Source: Eledone cirrhosa (taxonomy: Eukaryota). From it: DNA of 64,000 nt. Shown here piece by piece: positions 26,930 through 42,779 of this stretch. A program made the position numbers and the translations under genes. The DNA lies in contig OZ024755.1 in the NCBI GenBank assembly GCA_964016885.1, positions 7,936,001-8,000,000 on the forward strand, in the 5' to 3' direction. Below the pieces are notes generated by a model that worked only from the letters and a program-made list of their open reading frames with translations, did not search any database and was not told where the DNA came from. Numbering within the stretch: position 1 is the first letter of the stretch; every line of letters starts with the position of its first letter.

Positions 26930-27075
26930 CTTTACGTCCTGGTTCAAATCCCGGCGAAGTCAATTTTGCCTTTCATCCTCCAGGGGTTAATGAAATAAAC
27001 TAGCAGTCAAGTACTGGGGTTGATTTAATAGATTAACAATCCCCCACCTAAATTTATGGTCTAGTTTCTAAATTA
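26930..27075 (+). mobile_element. Old Meta-domain SINE
   Basis: GGTTCAAATCCCGGCG...GCCTTTCATCC...CTGGGGTTGATTTAATAGA. Confidence 0.7.
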
Positions 27076-27804
27076 AAAATCAATACTTGAACAGTGATAA
27101 ATGTGAAAACTAGTAATTGTGGGGAATATATTTTTAAAGAGAAATACTGTGAAGTGATATGTTATGAAAGGATGTATTATGGAATTAGAAAGGTAGAGGA
27201 AATAATTGAGAGAAAGAGGGGGGAATAACTGGAAGACAGATGAGAGAGGGAGTGAGAGGGAGAGAGGGGGAGAGAAGGAGAGGGCAAGGAGAATAATGAG
27301 AGCAAGAGAGAGGATGTACTGTGTGCGTGATTGCAATAATGTTTTCAACTGTAAGGAAAAGGCAGAAAGAGAGAAAAAAATAACACAGGAGACGCCAGAA
27401 AGCTCACGTAAGAGGGAGAGGGGGCAATGGAGAGGGAGAGAGAGAGAGAGAAGATAGGGGAGAGAATAAAAAGCAAAGGGAGAGAAGGCGAAAGACTGAT
27501 AGAGAGAATGAAGGGAAAAAAGAGCGAAAATAGTAAAATAGTATTGAAAGTAAAGTAAGAGGTGAAGAAATGTGAGCTGTAGGAATTATTGTAATACAAT
27601 TGAGGGTTCGAATTTGACACGTTGCCACGTTTTATCAGTGACACAAGATTTAGTATTAAGCAGATATCTTTGCAAATTATTTTGCACATGAAAATTTCCG
27701 ATGTTCGACGGGAGAGTAATCTTAACGATGGCCTGTTTTATCAGTTTTGACACCAGCCGAACCGTTAACACAATTAGAAAATCTATCTGACAAAACCTGT
27801 CCCA

Positions 27805-28065
27805 GACCGACCAGCTAACCTACCAGCCCACCAGCCCACCAGCCCACCAGCCTACCAGCCTACCAGCCTACCCGCCAGCCAACTCACCAACCAGCTCACC
27901 GGTCAGCCAGACAGCTCACTAACCAGCCAGCCCGCTCACCAACCAGCCAACGATTCAACCAGCCAAACAGTCAACCTACCACCCAGCTAACCCGTCCAGC
28001 CAACTAACCTACCAGCCAGCTCACCAACTAGCTAACGATTAAACCAGCCAGCCAGCCAGCCAAGA
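27805..28065. repeat. Degenerate (CCAG)n/(CCAGCCCA)n tract
   Basis: Direct reading. Confidence 0.85.
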
Positions 28066-28190
28066 TCCAACCATCTATCCATCCACTACTCCTACTTTCT
28101 TCTCCTCCTCGTTTGTTATAAACACAAACCATAATTTCCATGAGTTTCCTGCTGTTTATTATTATAACGAGTCAGACGAAAATGCGTCCT

Positions 28191-28495
28191 TAGTTCAAAT
28201 CCCGCCGAGGTTAGCTTTGCCTCTCATTCTTATGGGGGGGGGGGGTCAATAAAATAAAGTACCAGTAACAAACTGAGGTAGACTTAATCGACTTTCCATC
28301 CTCCAAAATGGTTGGCCTTGTGCCTAGAGGGTCGGACGCCATGCTTTGCAGCAAAGAGTTACGGTCCTTTCCATTCTGAGTTCAAATCCCGCCGAGGTTA
28401 ACTTTCCCTTTCATCCTTACGGGGTCGATAAAATAAAGTACCAGTAATACACTGGGTAATTGCTGGCCTTGGGCCAAAAGTAGAAACAATTATTA
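28191..28495 (+). mobile_element. Two head-to-tail 5'-truncated Meta-domain SINEs (long form ~28191-28326, short form ~28327-28495)
   Basis: GTTCAAATCCCGCCGAGGTTA occurs twice. Confidence 0.85.
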
Positions 28496-28524
28496 GTATC
28501 ATCATCATCATCATCATCAACAGT

Positions 28525-28555
<31 letters not shown>

Positions 28556-29180
28556 TTTGACCAGTAAACCTCAACATTAAAAATACATAACAACACAACA
28601 GGAATTTCCCACTAAACACCCCACCATCCAATATACAGAACCACTGCTGATATCTAGCCAAGTCTTTTTTTTTAATATATATTCGTTTACTTTTATTTCA
28701 AGATTCAAAGAGTCACCACGATCAATTTCGACACGGTGGTGACCCCTGGTGACAAGTGGGAGAAACATAATGAGATTTTGTTTGTTTGCTTGTTTGTTAG
28801 TTGGTTTGCATAGAGATGCCACTTGCTGAAGGTAGCAATATATCAACATAGCCATACATATTACAACCCAACCACAACTGTACCAACCATATCAACACAA
28901 TTGGATGTGACATCATATTAACCGGTGCTACATAACATTCGTTACCCTTGTAATATCTTCCGTCGGCGGATGGTCACGTGTATCTTATTCGCGTCTATCT
29001 TATTCGCACTCTCTTAAATATCGTCTGAGAATACCTTTGCTTTCTTTTCTGTTGTTCTTAATATATATATACACTCCCCTCCCACACACACACATACACA
29101 CACATATACATATACATATATATATACACTCCCCTCCCCCCCACACACATACACACACATATACATATACATATATATAT

Positions 29181-29215
<35 letters not shown>

Positions 29216-29504
29216 CACACATACACACACATATATATATATATATATACACACATACACACACATATATAGGTATGTATAGATATGTATATAATGTATA
29301 TATGTGTATGTATGTATATATATATATATATATGTATAGACTTTCGTTTATTTCTTCTTAACCTTATATCTAATTCCCCCACACATTTTCCTTGTTAACA
29401 ACTCTCTGTCTCCCCCCCCCCCCACTATGTTCACCATTAGCTCCCCCCCTCCAACATCTCACCTGAATATATCAAATACATCAAATATTTATTTATTGTA
29501 GATG

Positions 29505-29737
29505 TTGGTATTGTTGTTGGTGGTGGTGGTTGGTGGTGGTGTTGGTAGTGGTGTTGGTGGTGGTGGTGGTGGTGTTGGTAGTGGTGTTGGTGGTGGTGGT
29601 GGTGTTGTTGTTGTTGGTGGTGTTGTTTGTTGGTGGTGTTATTGGTAGTGGTGTTGTTGTTGGTGGTGGTGGTGGTGGTGGTGTTGTTGTTGGTGGTGAT
29701 GTTGGTAGTGGTGTTGTTGTTGTTGGTGGTGTTGTTG

Positions 29738-29769
<32 letters not shown>

Positions 29770-30075
29770 GTTGTTGTAGTTGGTGATGGTGTTGTTGTAG
29801 TTGGTGGTGGTGGTGTTGTTGTTGTTGGTGGTGGTGGTGTTGTTGTTGTTGGTGGTGGTGTTGTTTGTGGTTGGTGGTGGTGTTGGTGGTGGTGGTGGTG
29901 TTGGTGGTTGGTGGTGATGGTGGTGTTGTTGTTGTTGTTGGTGGTAGTGGTGTTGGTGGTGGTCGTAGTGGTGCTTGTGTTGCTGTTGAATATGGTGGCA
30001 ATTGGTGTTGGAGGTAGTGGCGGTGGTGCTGGTTGTTGTGGGGCTGCTCTTGTTGTCAGTAGTGTTGTTGATGGG
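29505..30075. repeat. (GGT/GTT)n tract
   Basis: Direct reading. Confidence 0.9.
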
Positions 30076-30123
30076 GGTGTGGTGACCGGATGGGATGATG
30101 GGGTATCTCTGTATAAATATATG

Positions 30124-30184
<61 letters not shown>

Positions 30185-30279
30185 CAAATAGAGCGATTCT
30201 CTTTGTAAACTTTTTCTGATACAACCACGAATTCTATTTTTCCACCTTTTCCCCAGTTTCACCAGCTGCATCAACACCG

Positions 30280-30823
30280 AATTCTCTAACACCACCATCG
30301 CTGTCTCCAACACGGCCACAAACACTATCACCACCATCACCACAACCACCGCGACCACCAATGCCAACACCACCAGCAACCAACGCCCCTGTTACGACCA
30401 ACACCAACAATTCTATCACCACCATTACCACCACATTACTAACACCGCGGGCACTACCACCACCACGACCACAACCACCACCATCACTAACACCACCTAC
30501 AATATCTACACCACCCCCACTATCAACACCACCACCACCATCATCACTAACACCACCACCTACACTACCTACATCACCACCACCATCTACACTACCTACA
30601 CCACCACCTACACCACTACAACCACCACCATCCCTAACACCACCTACACCACCACCACCACCATCACTAACACCATCACCACCTACACCACCACCACCTA
30701 CACCAACACAAACCCCACTATCCCTAACACCACCTACACAACTAACATCACCACCACCTACATCACCTACACCAACACAATGCCCACCATCACTAACCCA
30801 CCTACACTACCACCATCACTAAC

Positions 30824-30855
<32 letters not shown>
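30280..30855. repeat. (ACC)n-derived tract
   Basis: Direct reading. Confidence 0.85.
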
Positions 30856-31305
30856 GGTACCAACATTCACATAACATTCACGGATTAACTTAGCTAAAAT
30901 TCCAATTCAGATATTCATGAAAGCAACACATTACAACCTTCCTATTATTTCCTGCGTAAAACAATTTTCCTTCAGCGATCCTCTGTCACTAACTATCAGT
31001 TAAATACTTATTATCTATCATATATTAGAAATGCCATCAAACAATAGTTCAAAGTTCAAAATGACTATTTCTATTATAATTTATATCATCCTCCAAATCT
31101 TATTTCATTGATAATATAGATATCTTTTGTTTGACCCAAGCTCAATAGTATTAGTCAATATTTTTCATTCATTTGTTGTAGTTTTTATTATTGTTGTGGT
31201 TGTTGTTATATTTTGTTTTTGTCTTTGTTAGTCGGGTTTTTTGGGTTTTTTTTTTTACATTTTCTGCAGCATATTGTTAATTGTTTACCTCGCTACTGAT
31301 ACCTG

Positions 31306-31435
31306 TGAAGGCACATGTCTTAGTGGTTAGAGCATTGGGTTTATAATCTTGAGCTTGAGGTTGTGAGTTCGATTCTCAGACTGGGCTGTGTGTTGTGTTC
31401 TTGAGCAAGACACTTTATTCCACGTTGCTTCTAGT
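31306..31435 (+). mobile_element. tRNA-derived SINE 5' part
   Basis: TTAGTGGTTAGAGC, GAGTTCGATTCT, TGTGTTCTTGAGCAAGACACTT. Confidence 0.75.
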
Positions 31436-32197
31436 GAACACGAAGAAACGTTTTCACATCTCATTTCTGACATATCTAATCTAATCTGGCAGAGTTTACA
31501 TTCGCAAATAAGAAGAAATAGGGCCGCCCCTAGGAGCATTAGATTTCGTGTACTTCATATTTGTTTCGGTTGCTGAATACAATCAGAGGTCAGTGCATCT
31601 CCTGAAGGTCAATAGTTCTCTTCTAACTCGAGCGGGAGCACCTTTCTATTGTCAATTTGCATTGATCATCTGCAAAGTCGCATTGTTCTCAGAACCACTA
31701 CACCAGTAATTCGATGCATGCAGCTGGAACTACTGTCACCCATTGATTTGGGAGGATTTTTTTTCTGCCATTATATTACCTAAAATGTTTGATCCAGTGA
31801 ACAATGCTTCACATGAGATTTGAACTCAGAACGAAAAGAGCTGGAATTAATACAGAGTTATTTAATCCGATTCTCTAGCGACTCAACCAATTCAGTGATG
31901 AGAGTCATCCGTCAATTGGTGATAAGCCCCATGGATTTAACGAGGGAGTGGTCAGTAGATTGTATCGAGCTTCGTACTCGTCGGATAATCATTTAATGTC
32001 TCTTGAAGAAAGAAAGGCGTAAATAATGAACTCGTTACAATTTGATCGCAGAACGTAAAGGGTATTAACTAAATAACGCAAGTCTTTTTAGCTCAGAAAT
32101 TTCAGCGGTTATTGCTTGGACAATTCTGTTTTTATTCGTCTTCGATCTCAATTTGGAAGGGGTCAGAGAAGTGAAAGTAATAATTCCATCGAACAAT

Positions 32198-32391
32198 TAA
32201 TAATGATTTCTACCTTTGGCACAAGGCCAGCAATTACCCAGTACATTACTGGTACTTTATTGTATCGACCTCGTAAGGATGAAAGGCAAAGTTAACCTCG
32301 GCGGGATTTGAACTCAGACCGCAAAGGACCGTAACTCTATGCTGCAAAGCATGGTGTCCGACCCTCCACCGATACTGCCAATCCACCGCCC
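32198..32391 (-). mobile_element. Meta-domain tRNA SINE (short subfamily, full length)
   Basis: Match to consensus through CCAATCCACCGCC. Confidence 0.9.
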
Positions 32392-32450
32392 TCATCTAAC
32401 AATTAATAATAATAAAAAGTCTAAGACACAATGAATGTGTATCTATATAC

Positions 32451-32533
<83 letters not shown>

Positions 32534-32645
32534 AATATATATATATGTACACACATATATGTATATATATATTTGTACACACATATATATGTATATATAT
32601 ATGTATTTATATGTATGTATATATATATATATTTGTACACACATA

Positions 32646-32693
<48 letters not shown>

Positions 32694-32732
32694 AATATAT
32701 ATATATATATATATATACATATATATGTGTGT

Positions 32733-32785
<53 letters not shown>

Positions 32786-32990
32786 GGGAAAGAGATGGAG
32801 GAAATATAAGTGAAAGTACAGGAAATAGAAACAATATACAATGTTACCAACATAGTTGTGTGACGCCATCATAAATATGTAAAAAGATCGCATTTCTGGA
32901 TAACATGTTTTGTTTCCGTTAGCTCAGCCTTCAATATCGACAACATTGCTTACTTGCTACACAAATAAGCAGATATAATGTATTTCTTTA

Positions 32991-33065
<75 letters not shown>

Positions 33066-33420
33066 GAAAAGAGGCACACTCACATATACACACACACAAG
33101 AAAATAAAGAAATGGAGAAAAAAAAAACAAACGACAAACAAACGACAAACAAACCATAAGAAAAAAACGCATTGCTTCGTTTGTGTAAAAGAATTATTTC
33201 GGCAACAGATATATATAATGGAGACGTCAGCAAATATGGCGGTGTTTTATTTGTCTGCTGCACCTTATGGAGATGTTGCTTTTCTGAGAGGTTGTCAGGT
33301 TGAATGGTGAAGAGTACAGATATTGAGAATTATTGACAAATATACATACGTGTATAGGCATAGGAAAGCACATATACTTATATATATATATATGTGTGTG
33401 TGTGCGAATAAATATACATA

Positions 33421-33511
<91 letters not shown>

Positions 33512-33572
33512 GTATATACATATATATATATGTATATGCATATATATATATGTATATACATATATATATATG

Positions 33573-33640
<68 letters not shown>

Positions 33641-33641
33641 C

Positions 33642-33676
<35 letters not shown>

Positions 33677-33677
33677 C

Positions 33678-33773
<96 letters not shown>

Positions 33774-33918
33774 ACACACACACATATATATATATATATA
33801 CTTACATACACACATATATATACATATATATATATGTCTGTTTTTATGCATGTAATGATGAATGTGTACTTGTATGTAAGTATGTGTGCATGTATGTGTG
33901 TATGTATGTAGGTATATA

Positions 33919-33973
<55 letters not shown>

Positions 33974-34170
33974 AGGTATGTATTCATGCGTATATGTGTG
34001 TGTATGTATGAAGTATATGTATTCATTAAGAGCTGAGATGATTCAATCCTGTGAGCTAGTTTCACGTTAACTCACACAAGGAAAAATCTTTACACAACTT
34101 TTATATTGGTAAAATACATTTATTTGAAATTTTACTTACTTTAAGATTGAAGCCACTAAAAATATACACT

Positions 34171-34264
<94 letters not shown>

Positions 34265-34360
34265 TGTGTGTGTTGATTCCTACAGACATGCCAACTTCTA
34301 GAACCCCAAACGGGGAGTTCCATGAAAAAAAAGTGCTCCAAAATGGGGAGATTTTATATA

Positions 34361-34546
34361 ATTGTTTCTACTTTTGGCACAAGGCCAGCAATTACACAGT
34401 ACATTACTGGTACTTTATTTTATCGACCCTGTAAGGATGAAAGGCAAAGTTAACCTCTGCGGGATTTGAACTCAAACCATAAAGGGTCGTAACTCTTTGC
34501 TGCAAAGCATGGCGTCCGACCCTCTACCGATACTGCCAATCCACCA
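34361..34546 (-). mobile_element. Meta-domain tRNA SINE with 18-bp TSD
   Basis: TSD GGGGAGATTTTATATAAT at 34345-34362 and 34549-34566. Confidence 0.92.
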
Positions 34547-35275
34547 TAGGGGAGATTTTATATAATGAAAGCTATACCTATTGTCACAAGAGAATACATC
34601 TCTCACCCACCTCAAAGTGGGTGGGAGATCTCCCTGTCGGACAGGAGACAGGTCGGGGTAGGTTATTGATAATGCGCGAAATATTGAGAAAGTTGTGGTG
34701 TTATATTAGTTAGTAACTGACTGTGAATACACAGAGTAAATTTAAGGTAGACTATTACTAGAAAGTTGCAAATAGACACCAGAGTTGAACGACATGCAAT
34801 TTCATATTCGATTGGTAGTACAACTGTAGTATACTTCGCCATACCCGACGGAGATCCAACAGCAACAATTATTATGGTGAAAATTAATGTATGAACATAT
34901 TCATGAAGTGTTGATGTGTTAGAGTTTATGAAAAGACTGACCAGAGGTCAATCTATCAACAGTGAAATGCATTACTGCTGTTGTATAAGAACATGTTTAT
35001 GTTGTTGGCAGTGACGTCTCTGGCAGGGCTGATTTATGTACTATATGAATCATAAACTATATATATATATATATATATACGCGCGTGTGAGTGTTACATA
35101 GACATACTCTCTCACACACACCTTTAATATGTATATGTGTATGTTTTTTGTGTCTGTGTGTGTAAGAGAATGTAGTTTGCTTGAGGCATTGTGTAAAGCG
35201 TAGTCTTCTAATAAAACACTATTATATAAAAATAAATATAGAGAAGCGGGGAGAAGGAGCGAGATTGAGAGATAG

Positions 35276-35317
<42 letters not shown>

Positions 35318-35351
35318 GTGGATAGATAGGTGGATGGATGGATGGATGGAC

Positions 35352-35411
<60 letters not shown>

Positions 35412-36596
35412 GCAGACACACACATTTATATACATTCAAACATAAACAAATACATACAAATACACACACAAAACACGTAAAACTCTCCCTCACACACACA
35501 CACACACACCAACACACACAGATAACTAGCTATTTTAACTGATACAGTTAAGATGTCATTAATAATCAAGAAATATTTGATAAAGATATAATAAATAAAA
35601 CAAAATGGTTGCGATATGTTGGATTTACATTTATAATTGAAAATATTTCGACAAGAATAAAACGAATGTTTTATTTATTTGAACATTTGTAGAAAATCAT
35701 GTTTTAATGTTTAAGTATTCCACTATATTTTGGTGTCACTACAGATGTTTTAAAATGGCGGATTGGAATGATTCATTAACGGATATTTTGTATGTTGGTA
35801 TTATGGTAAATTTTAGCCATGAATGTCTTAGTTTTTATTGTTGGTGTTGTACCACTATATACTGGCAGGATTTAGCAGTGTTGTTGTTGTTGCTGTTACT
35901 GCTGGTGTTGTTGGTTTTGTACCACTATATATTGGCAAGTTTTAGCAGTGCTGTTGTTGTTGCTGTTGTTGGTTTGTACCACTATATATTGGCAAGTTTT
36001 AGCAATCTGTGTTCTCTTCTTCTTCTTCTTCTTCTTCTTGTAACTGTTATTATGATAGTGGTAGTTGTTTTTGAAGTTGTTATTGGTGTTATTGCCGCAC
36101 TGATATTATTGTTGTTGTTGTTGTTGTTGCTTTTGTTGCGATTGTTACTGTGGTTGCTATTGTTCTGTTTATTGCTGTGGTTGTTCTTCTCATTGCTGCT
36201 GTTGCATTTTTTATTACTATACCATGACAGGCTTTAACGTACAGAGTTGTTGTTAATGTTGTTATTGCTGTTGTGTTGCAACATTGCGGCAGGTCTTAAC
36301 AATCAACGTTATTGTAGTAATTATTGTTGTATTCCTATAATGGCAGTCAATGTTGTTGCTGCTGTTGTTGTTGTTATTGGCTCTTGTTATTGTTCATAGT
36401 GTTGCTATTGTGGAGTGGGTTTTTTTTTCTGCCGTTGTTGCTGCTGTCGTTGCTATTTTTTGCTCTCGTTATTATTCATGATGTTGCTATTGTGGATATT
36501 GTTTTTTGCTGCTGTTGTTGCTGCTCATGCTATTACTGTTGCTGCTGCTACTATTGTTGCTGTTGTTGCTGTTGTTGTTGTCATTGTTATATTGCT

Positions 36597-36770
36597 AATA
36601 ATTGTTTCTACTTAAGACTCAAGGCCAGCAATTACCCCCAGTACATTACTGGTACTTTATTTTATCGACCCCGTAAGGTTGAAAGGCAAAGTTAACCTCG
36701 GCGGGATTTGAACTCAGACTGTAAAGGGACGTAACTATGCTAGAAAGCATGGCGTTCAATTCTCTATTGC
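36597..36770 (-). mobile_element. Meta-domain tRNA SINE (short subfamily)
   Basis: Match to consensus. Confidence 0.88.
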
Positions 36771-37080
36771 TAATAATACAAGCTAACAGTCCTTCATTGT
36801 TCTGCGACAGTCGGCATGAAATGATAAAATTATTTTAAGATGGTTGCAAGACATTTCCATTAAAGCCAAGAAGTTTGGGCTGAATTTTTTTTACTGAAAT
36901 AGATTTCCCTGTCATCGTGTTAAATATGTGGCCTCGCTGAGTCATATATTCTTTCTATATATCTATCTTTCAGTTGTGATCGACTGATAGAATCAGTAAT
37001 AAAAATAGTCATTCCTTGGTACATAAATATGTACAATCCTTATCAAGCGCTCTTTGCATTTTGGTGTTTGTGTTTATTAT

Positions 37081-37164
<84 letters not shown>

Positions 37165-37173
37165 ATATATATG

Positions 37174-37226
<53 letters not shown>

Positions 37227-37281
37227 GTATATATATATGTATATATATATATGTATATATATATATGTATATATATATATG

Positions 37282-37336
<55 letters not shown>

Positions 37337-37355
37337 GTATATATATATGTATATA

Positions 37356-37420
<65 letters not shown>

Positions 37421-37447
37421 GTATATATATATGTGTATATATATATG

Positions 37448-37479
<32 letters not shown>

Positions 37480-38574
37480 TATATTTGTATTTATATATAT
37501 ATATATGTGTGTATGTATGTATGTATGTATGTATGTATGTATGTATGTATCTATGTATGTATTATGTATGTAATTGCAGAGAGGCGACTGGATCACATGC
37601 CTCCTATACCATAATTCGAGTACCAGTGAAATGAAATATTTATGTATTTATGTATATAAATGTTTGTATGTGTGTGTTTGTATGTGTGTGCGTGTGTGTG
37701 TGTGTGTGTCCTTACACTTTACTATATTATCTCAACAATAATATTTCCAGTTATAAACTAATATAAACTAGACCATAATACTCTAAAGATATAAATACTT
37801 ATTTTTATTTTAGAAATTTACCTTTGAAATATTATATAAAAATAAGTAATAAAACGTCGAAAGCATTTTGGTAGAATTTATATGTCCCAAATAAGAGAAA
37901 ATCATAATGGTTGTTGACAGGTGAATCGATATTTATGATTTAGGGATCGAAGATCAATCGATGGAGAGTGAAATATAATTGCTGCCCCGCCTTTTCGGTC
38001 AGTTATTTGTGTGATTATCCTGGCAAATATATCAATGTTGAAGACATATTGACAGTCAATACTAGCTTTAACTGGAGGCTAATGACAAATGCCATAGTTA
38101 TCGTCTGTCTGGCTGCTAGATCGATCATCCAAAACGAAAACCGAACGTAACCTAATCAATGACACTTTGAACTGTCAAATGGCACTCACTCTCTTCGCTA
38201 TTTGGACAGCAATCAATAATTTCAACACGACACATGTTCTAAACATTTACCAGACATAGAAATGCTGAAACTGTGTCGGTGAAGGGTATTTTTCTGTCAG
38301 GCGTTGACGGCAATGTTATATATAATTGTTTCCAAGTGGGAAAACACTTGTTAGTAAATTTCATGATCTAGAAAAGATAACTGTTATCAGCCAGATCCAT
38401 CTGTGTCGATGTTGATTTAGTCAGAGATAACACTGATTCAATTTCTTTATCAATGCCAAAACTTAACAAAACAATCAATATATTCTATCAACACCATCTC
38501 ACTCTCAATGTACACCTCTGTTTCTTCTGGAAGCTCTATTGAACACATACCAGAAGGAATACAATATATATAAT

Positions 38575-38742
<168 letters not shown>

Positions 38743-38745
38743 TAC

Positions 38746-38899
<154 letters not shown>

Positions 38900-38998
38900 A
38901 GAAGTGTGTGCATCCTAAAATACATACATACCTGTATAACTTAGATAAATACACATACACAAGTGAGCACACTCATATATAAACATAGTGACAGACAG

Positions 38999-39057
<59 letters not shown>

Positions 39058-39062
39058 GAGAC

Positions 39063-39131
<69 letters not shown>

Positions 39132-39139
39132 AATAGATA

Positions 39140-39395
39140 TATAACTTTCTATTTATTTGCCTGCAAGGCATAAAAGATTGGGACAAATACAAGGGGGGGG
39201 GGTACATACATTTAAAGGACGTGTAAAAAATATAACAAATAAAATTCAACCATCGAAGTCCTCAATAGGGAGGGGGCGTTGACGTGGGTCGCACACACCC
39301 CCGAAAAAATGTGCAACCCTCCTCCTCAGGAGCACAACGAGCAGGTGATCCCTTCCTCTTCTTCTTCTCCTCCTCTCCTCTCTCACCTAGAGGTA
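39140..39395 (-). mobile_element. Tx1/L1-like LINE 3'UTR
   Basis: Reverse complement matches 42955-43140 (GAGGGTTGCACATTTTTTCGGGGGT); short AGAT repeats at its ends. Confidence 0.7.
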
Positions 39396-39479
39396 GATAG
39401 ATTAAACAAACAAACTTTTTGTTTTTGCATCTCTATATTTGCCTTGTATATTCTTGATCTATCTATCTATATATATATA

Positions 39480-39616
<137 letters not shown>

Positions 39617-39990
39617 GAGAGAGAGAGGAGGAGAACATGAGAGAGATACATACATCCTTTCTATTACAGTACCAGCCAATCTGACTATGGCCATGCTGAG
39701 TCACCGATTCTAGGGTTATTTAGTCGACCAAAGAGATACCAGTCCTTATTTACCGATTGGCTAACTTTGACAAAACATCCATCTTGTTTTAACAGACTAA
39801 GCTGTCTCAAACACATCAATACACGAATCCTTACACACCCGCATATACACAAACACACTCACACACACACATGCAAACACACATACAGATACATACACAC
39901 ATAGTCACATGATGTGAAGAACGGACGACCACAGGGTGTGGGCTTAACCGTGTGGTTACTTCGATATGAATCTATTTGAAAAAGAATAAA

Positions 39991-40187
39991 AATAATGGTT
40001 TCTTATATAGGCACAAGGCCAGCAATTTGGGGGGAGGGGAAAGTCGATTAAATCGACCCCAGGGCGTTACTGGTACTTTATTTTATCGACGCTCGTAAAG
40101 TTGAAAGGCAAAGTTAACCTCGGCGGGATTTGATCTCAGACCATAAAGGGCCGTAACTCTTTGCTGCAAAGCATGTCGTCCGACCCT
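39991..40187 (-). mobile_element. Meta-domain tRNA SINE (long subfamily, 5' truncated)
   Basis: Match to consensus. Confidence 0.88.
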
Positions 40188-40578
40188 GGAGCAGGAATGA
40201 AGTATCAATATAACATCTTTATGCTTATTCACTCGTGGCATGACACGTGTTTCGAGATCGATAAGCTCAACGTATGATTCGAGAATCTACAAAGCTGAGG
40301 AGCGATCGATACCAGAGTCAGGCGCAATCACGATCCTACCTTGAACTGAACGATACAGCTTCACAACAATGTTATCACAACTCATATATTTGTTTCCACC
40401 TGAGTGGAATGGATCAAGATGAAATAAATTGTCTTCTTCAAGGACACAACGTCTCACCTGGTATCTACATAGATCGAACACTCGAACCTTACGATCATAA
40501 TTCAACCCACCCTTCGTTATTGGAGAAAATGTAAGGATAAAACTACTGAGAATATGATTATAACATTGACGGCCAAAA

Positions 40579-40768
40579 ATAATTGTTTCTACTTTTGGCA
40601 CAAGGCCAGCAATTGCCCAGTGAATTACTGGTACTTTATTTTATCGACCCCGTATGGATGAAAGGCAAAGTTAACCTCGACGGGATTTTATCTCAGACCG
40701 TAAAGGGACGTAACTATGCCGGAAAGCATGGCGTCCGACCCTCTACCGATACTGCCAATTCACCGCCC
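40579..40768 (-). mobile_element. Meta-domain tRNA SINE (short subfamily)
   Basis: Match to consensus; imperfect TSD CCAAAA(A)TAAT. Confidence 0.9.
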
Positions 40769-41089
40769 CCAAAATAATGGATCTGGGTGACCTGGAGTTG
40801 TGTGTGGGACGGTGTGCGTTAGGGGTGTAACACGAATCATCCTGTGTGGAATGTCCATAATTTGGGGGTGGGTGTGGCGGGGAGGGATGTTTATATTTTG
40901 TTGTTATTTATGTATAAATGAGTTATTTTTATTGTTGTTGTTGATCTTGTCATTTTATATAATGTAAAACTCTGTTGTTGGTTGCTTTTTCTTTCTTTTC
41001 TTTCTTTTCTTCAGTAATATTTCTTTCTTGTTCTGTCACCAAATTTTTGAGGGGCCATTTCGGTCAATAAACCAGACACCGTCCTCGCC

Positions 41090-41356
41090 ATCATCATGGA
41101 CATCACCATCACCATCATCATCATCATCATTATTATTATCACCATCATCAGTGTCACCACCATCATCAATGTCACCATCATCATCATCCTCGTCATCATC
41201 ACCCTCATCATTATCACCATCATTATCATCATCATCATCGTCATCACCATCATTATCGCCATCACCATCATCATCGCCAACATCATCATCATCATCAATA
41301 TCATCATCATCATTACTATTACTATTATTATTGGCAGCAGCAGCAGTAGTAGCAAT

Positions 41357-41417
<61 letters not shown>

Positions 41418-41630
41418 AATACGTTTTCTTGTGTACTGTCATTGTTCTTGTTCATACTTTTGTTGTTGCTGCTGACGTTGTTGTTGTAGGGGTTCTTGAT
41501 GTTGTTGTTGTTGTTGTTGATGTAGGGCTTATTGTTGATGATGATGTTGATGTTGTTGTTGTTGTTGATGTAGGGATTGTTGTTCATGTTGTTGATGGTG
41601 TCATTCTTTTTGTTGTTGTTGTTGTTGTGA
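41090..41630. repeat. Compound (ATC)/(AGC)/(AGT)/(GTT) trinucleotide tract
   Basis: Direct reading. Confidence 0.9.
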
Positions 41631-41729
41631 TGTGATTTATACAACAATACCTTTCTGATGTCCTACATTGATAGTGTATATCTGCTCTCAAGATTAGTGA
41701 GGTCCAGTGCAACCTGACAAGTTATATAC

Positions 41730-41767
<38 letters not shown>

Positions 41768-41934
41768 ATACACAAATATACACATATAATATGTATTTAT
41801 TTATATAGAGTATGTATATATACATATACACGTATAATATGTATTTATTTATATAGAGTATGTATATATACATATACACATATAATATGTATTTATTCAT
41901 AAATATATATCATATATATATATATAAACATATG

Positions 41935-41983
<49 letters not shown>

Positions 41984-42098
41984 CTGTGTGTGTGTGTGTA
42001 TACATATGTTTATATATATATGATATATATTTATGAATAAATACAGATTATATGTGTATATGTATTACATACTCTATATATATATCTATATATCTGTC

Positions 42099-42141
<43 letters not shown>

Positions 42142-42144
42142 GTC

Positions 42145-42200
<56 letters not shown>

Positions 42201-42502
42201 GATATTAATTATTTCCATCTTGGCCATATATCGGCTGACATCTGCAATATTTTTTACACACATTATTTTACTTTCTACCAGGATAGAATATTCATTTTTC
42301 AATCAGAGACAGCGCATGTAATTCTTACATCCATACATTCTCACATTCTTGTATTCTTACGTTCTCTCGCATTCTTCGAATTCTGGCGTCGATCCAATAC
42401 ATGATACCTCATTATCTACCTATCTGTCCATCTAGCTATCTATCTCTCTATCTATATATTCATCCATCCATCACTCTACCTATCTACCTATCTATCTAGC
42501 TA

Positions 42503-42755
42503 TCTGTAGGTTGAGGAAGATAAACAGAGGGAAAACGGGAACACCTACAAAACATGTTCCTGGGGTTGGGGGTTGTTCTATCCACGGGGTGTAAGACAAC
42601 CCTGCAGTAACGTACCCCCCTGTTGGGGATTTCGATTGTTTCATTTTATATATAGTTTGTTATTCATCATTGTTAAAGATTTTATGAAAAACCCCAGCAG
42701 TCACGTCTTGTAATGTCCCATTTTTGTATGCCCCTGTGGCAAATAAAGAAAGATA
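42503..42755 (+). mobile_element. Tx1/L1-like LINE 3'UTR in (ATCT)n
   Basis: Starts CTGTAGGTTGAGGAA, ends GCCCCTGTGGCAAATAAAGAAA+(ATCT)n; paralogous to 42900-43145. Confidence 0.7.
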
Positions 42756-42779
42756 TCTATCTATCTATCTATCTATCTA

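Noticed and set aside
33233-33242. YY1-like ATGGCG motifs (also ~35752, 44990, 49137, 59054)
   Set aside because: Short motif with no supporting promoter context.
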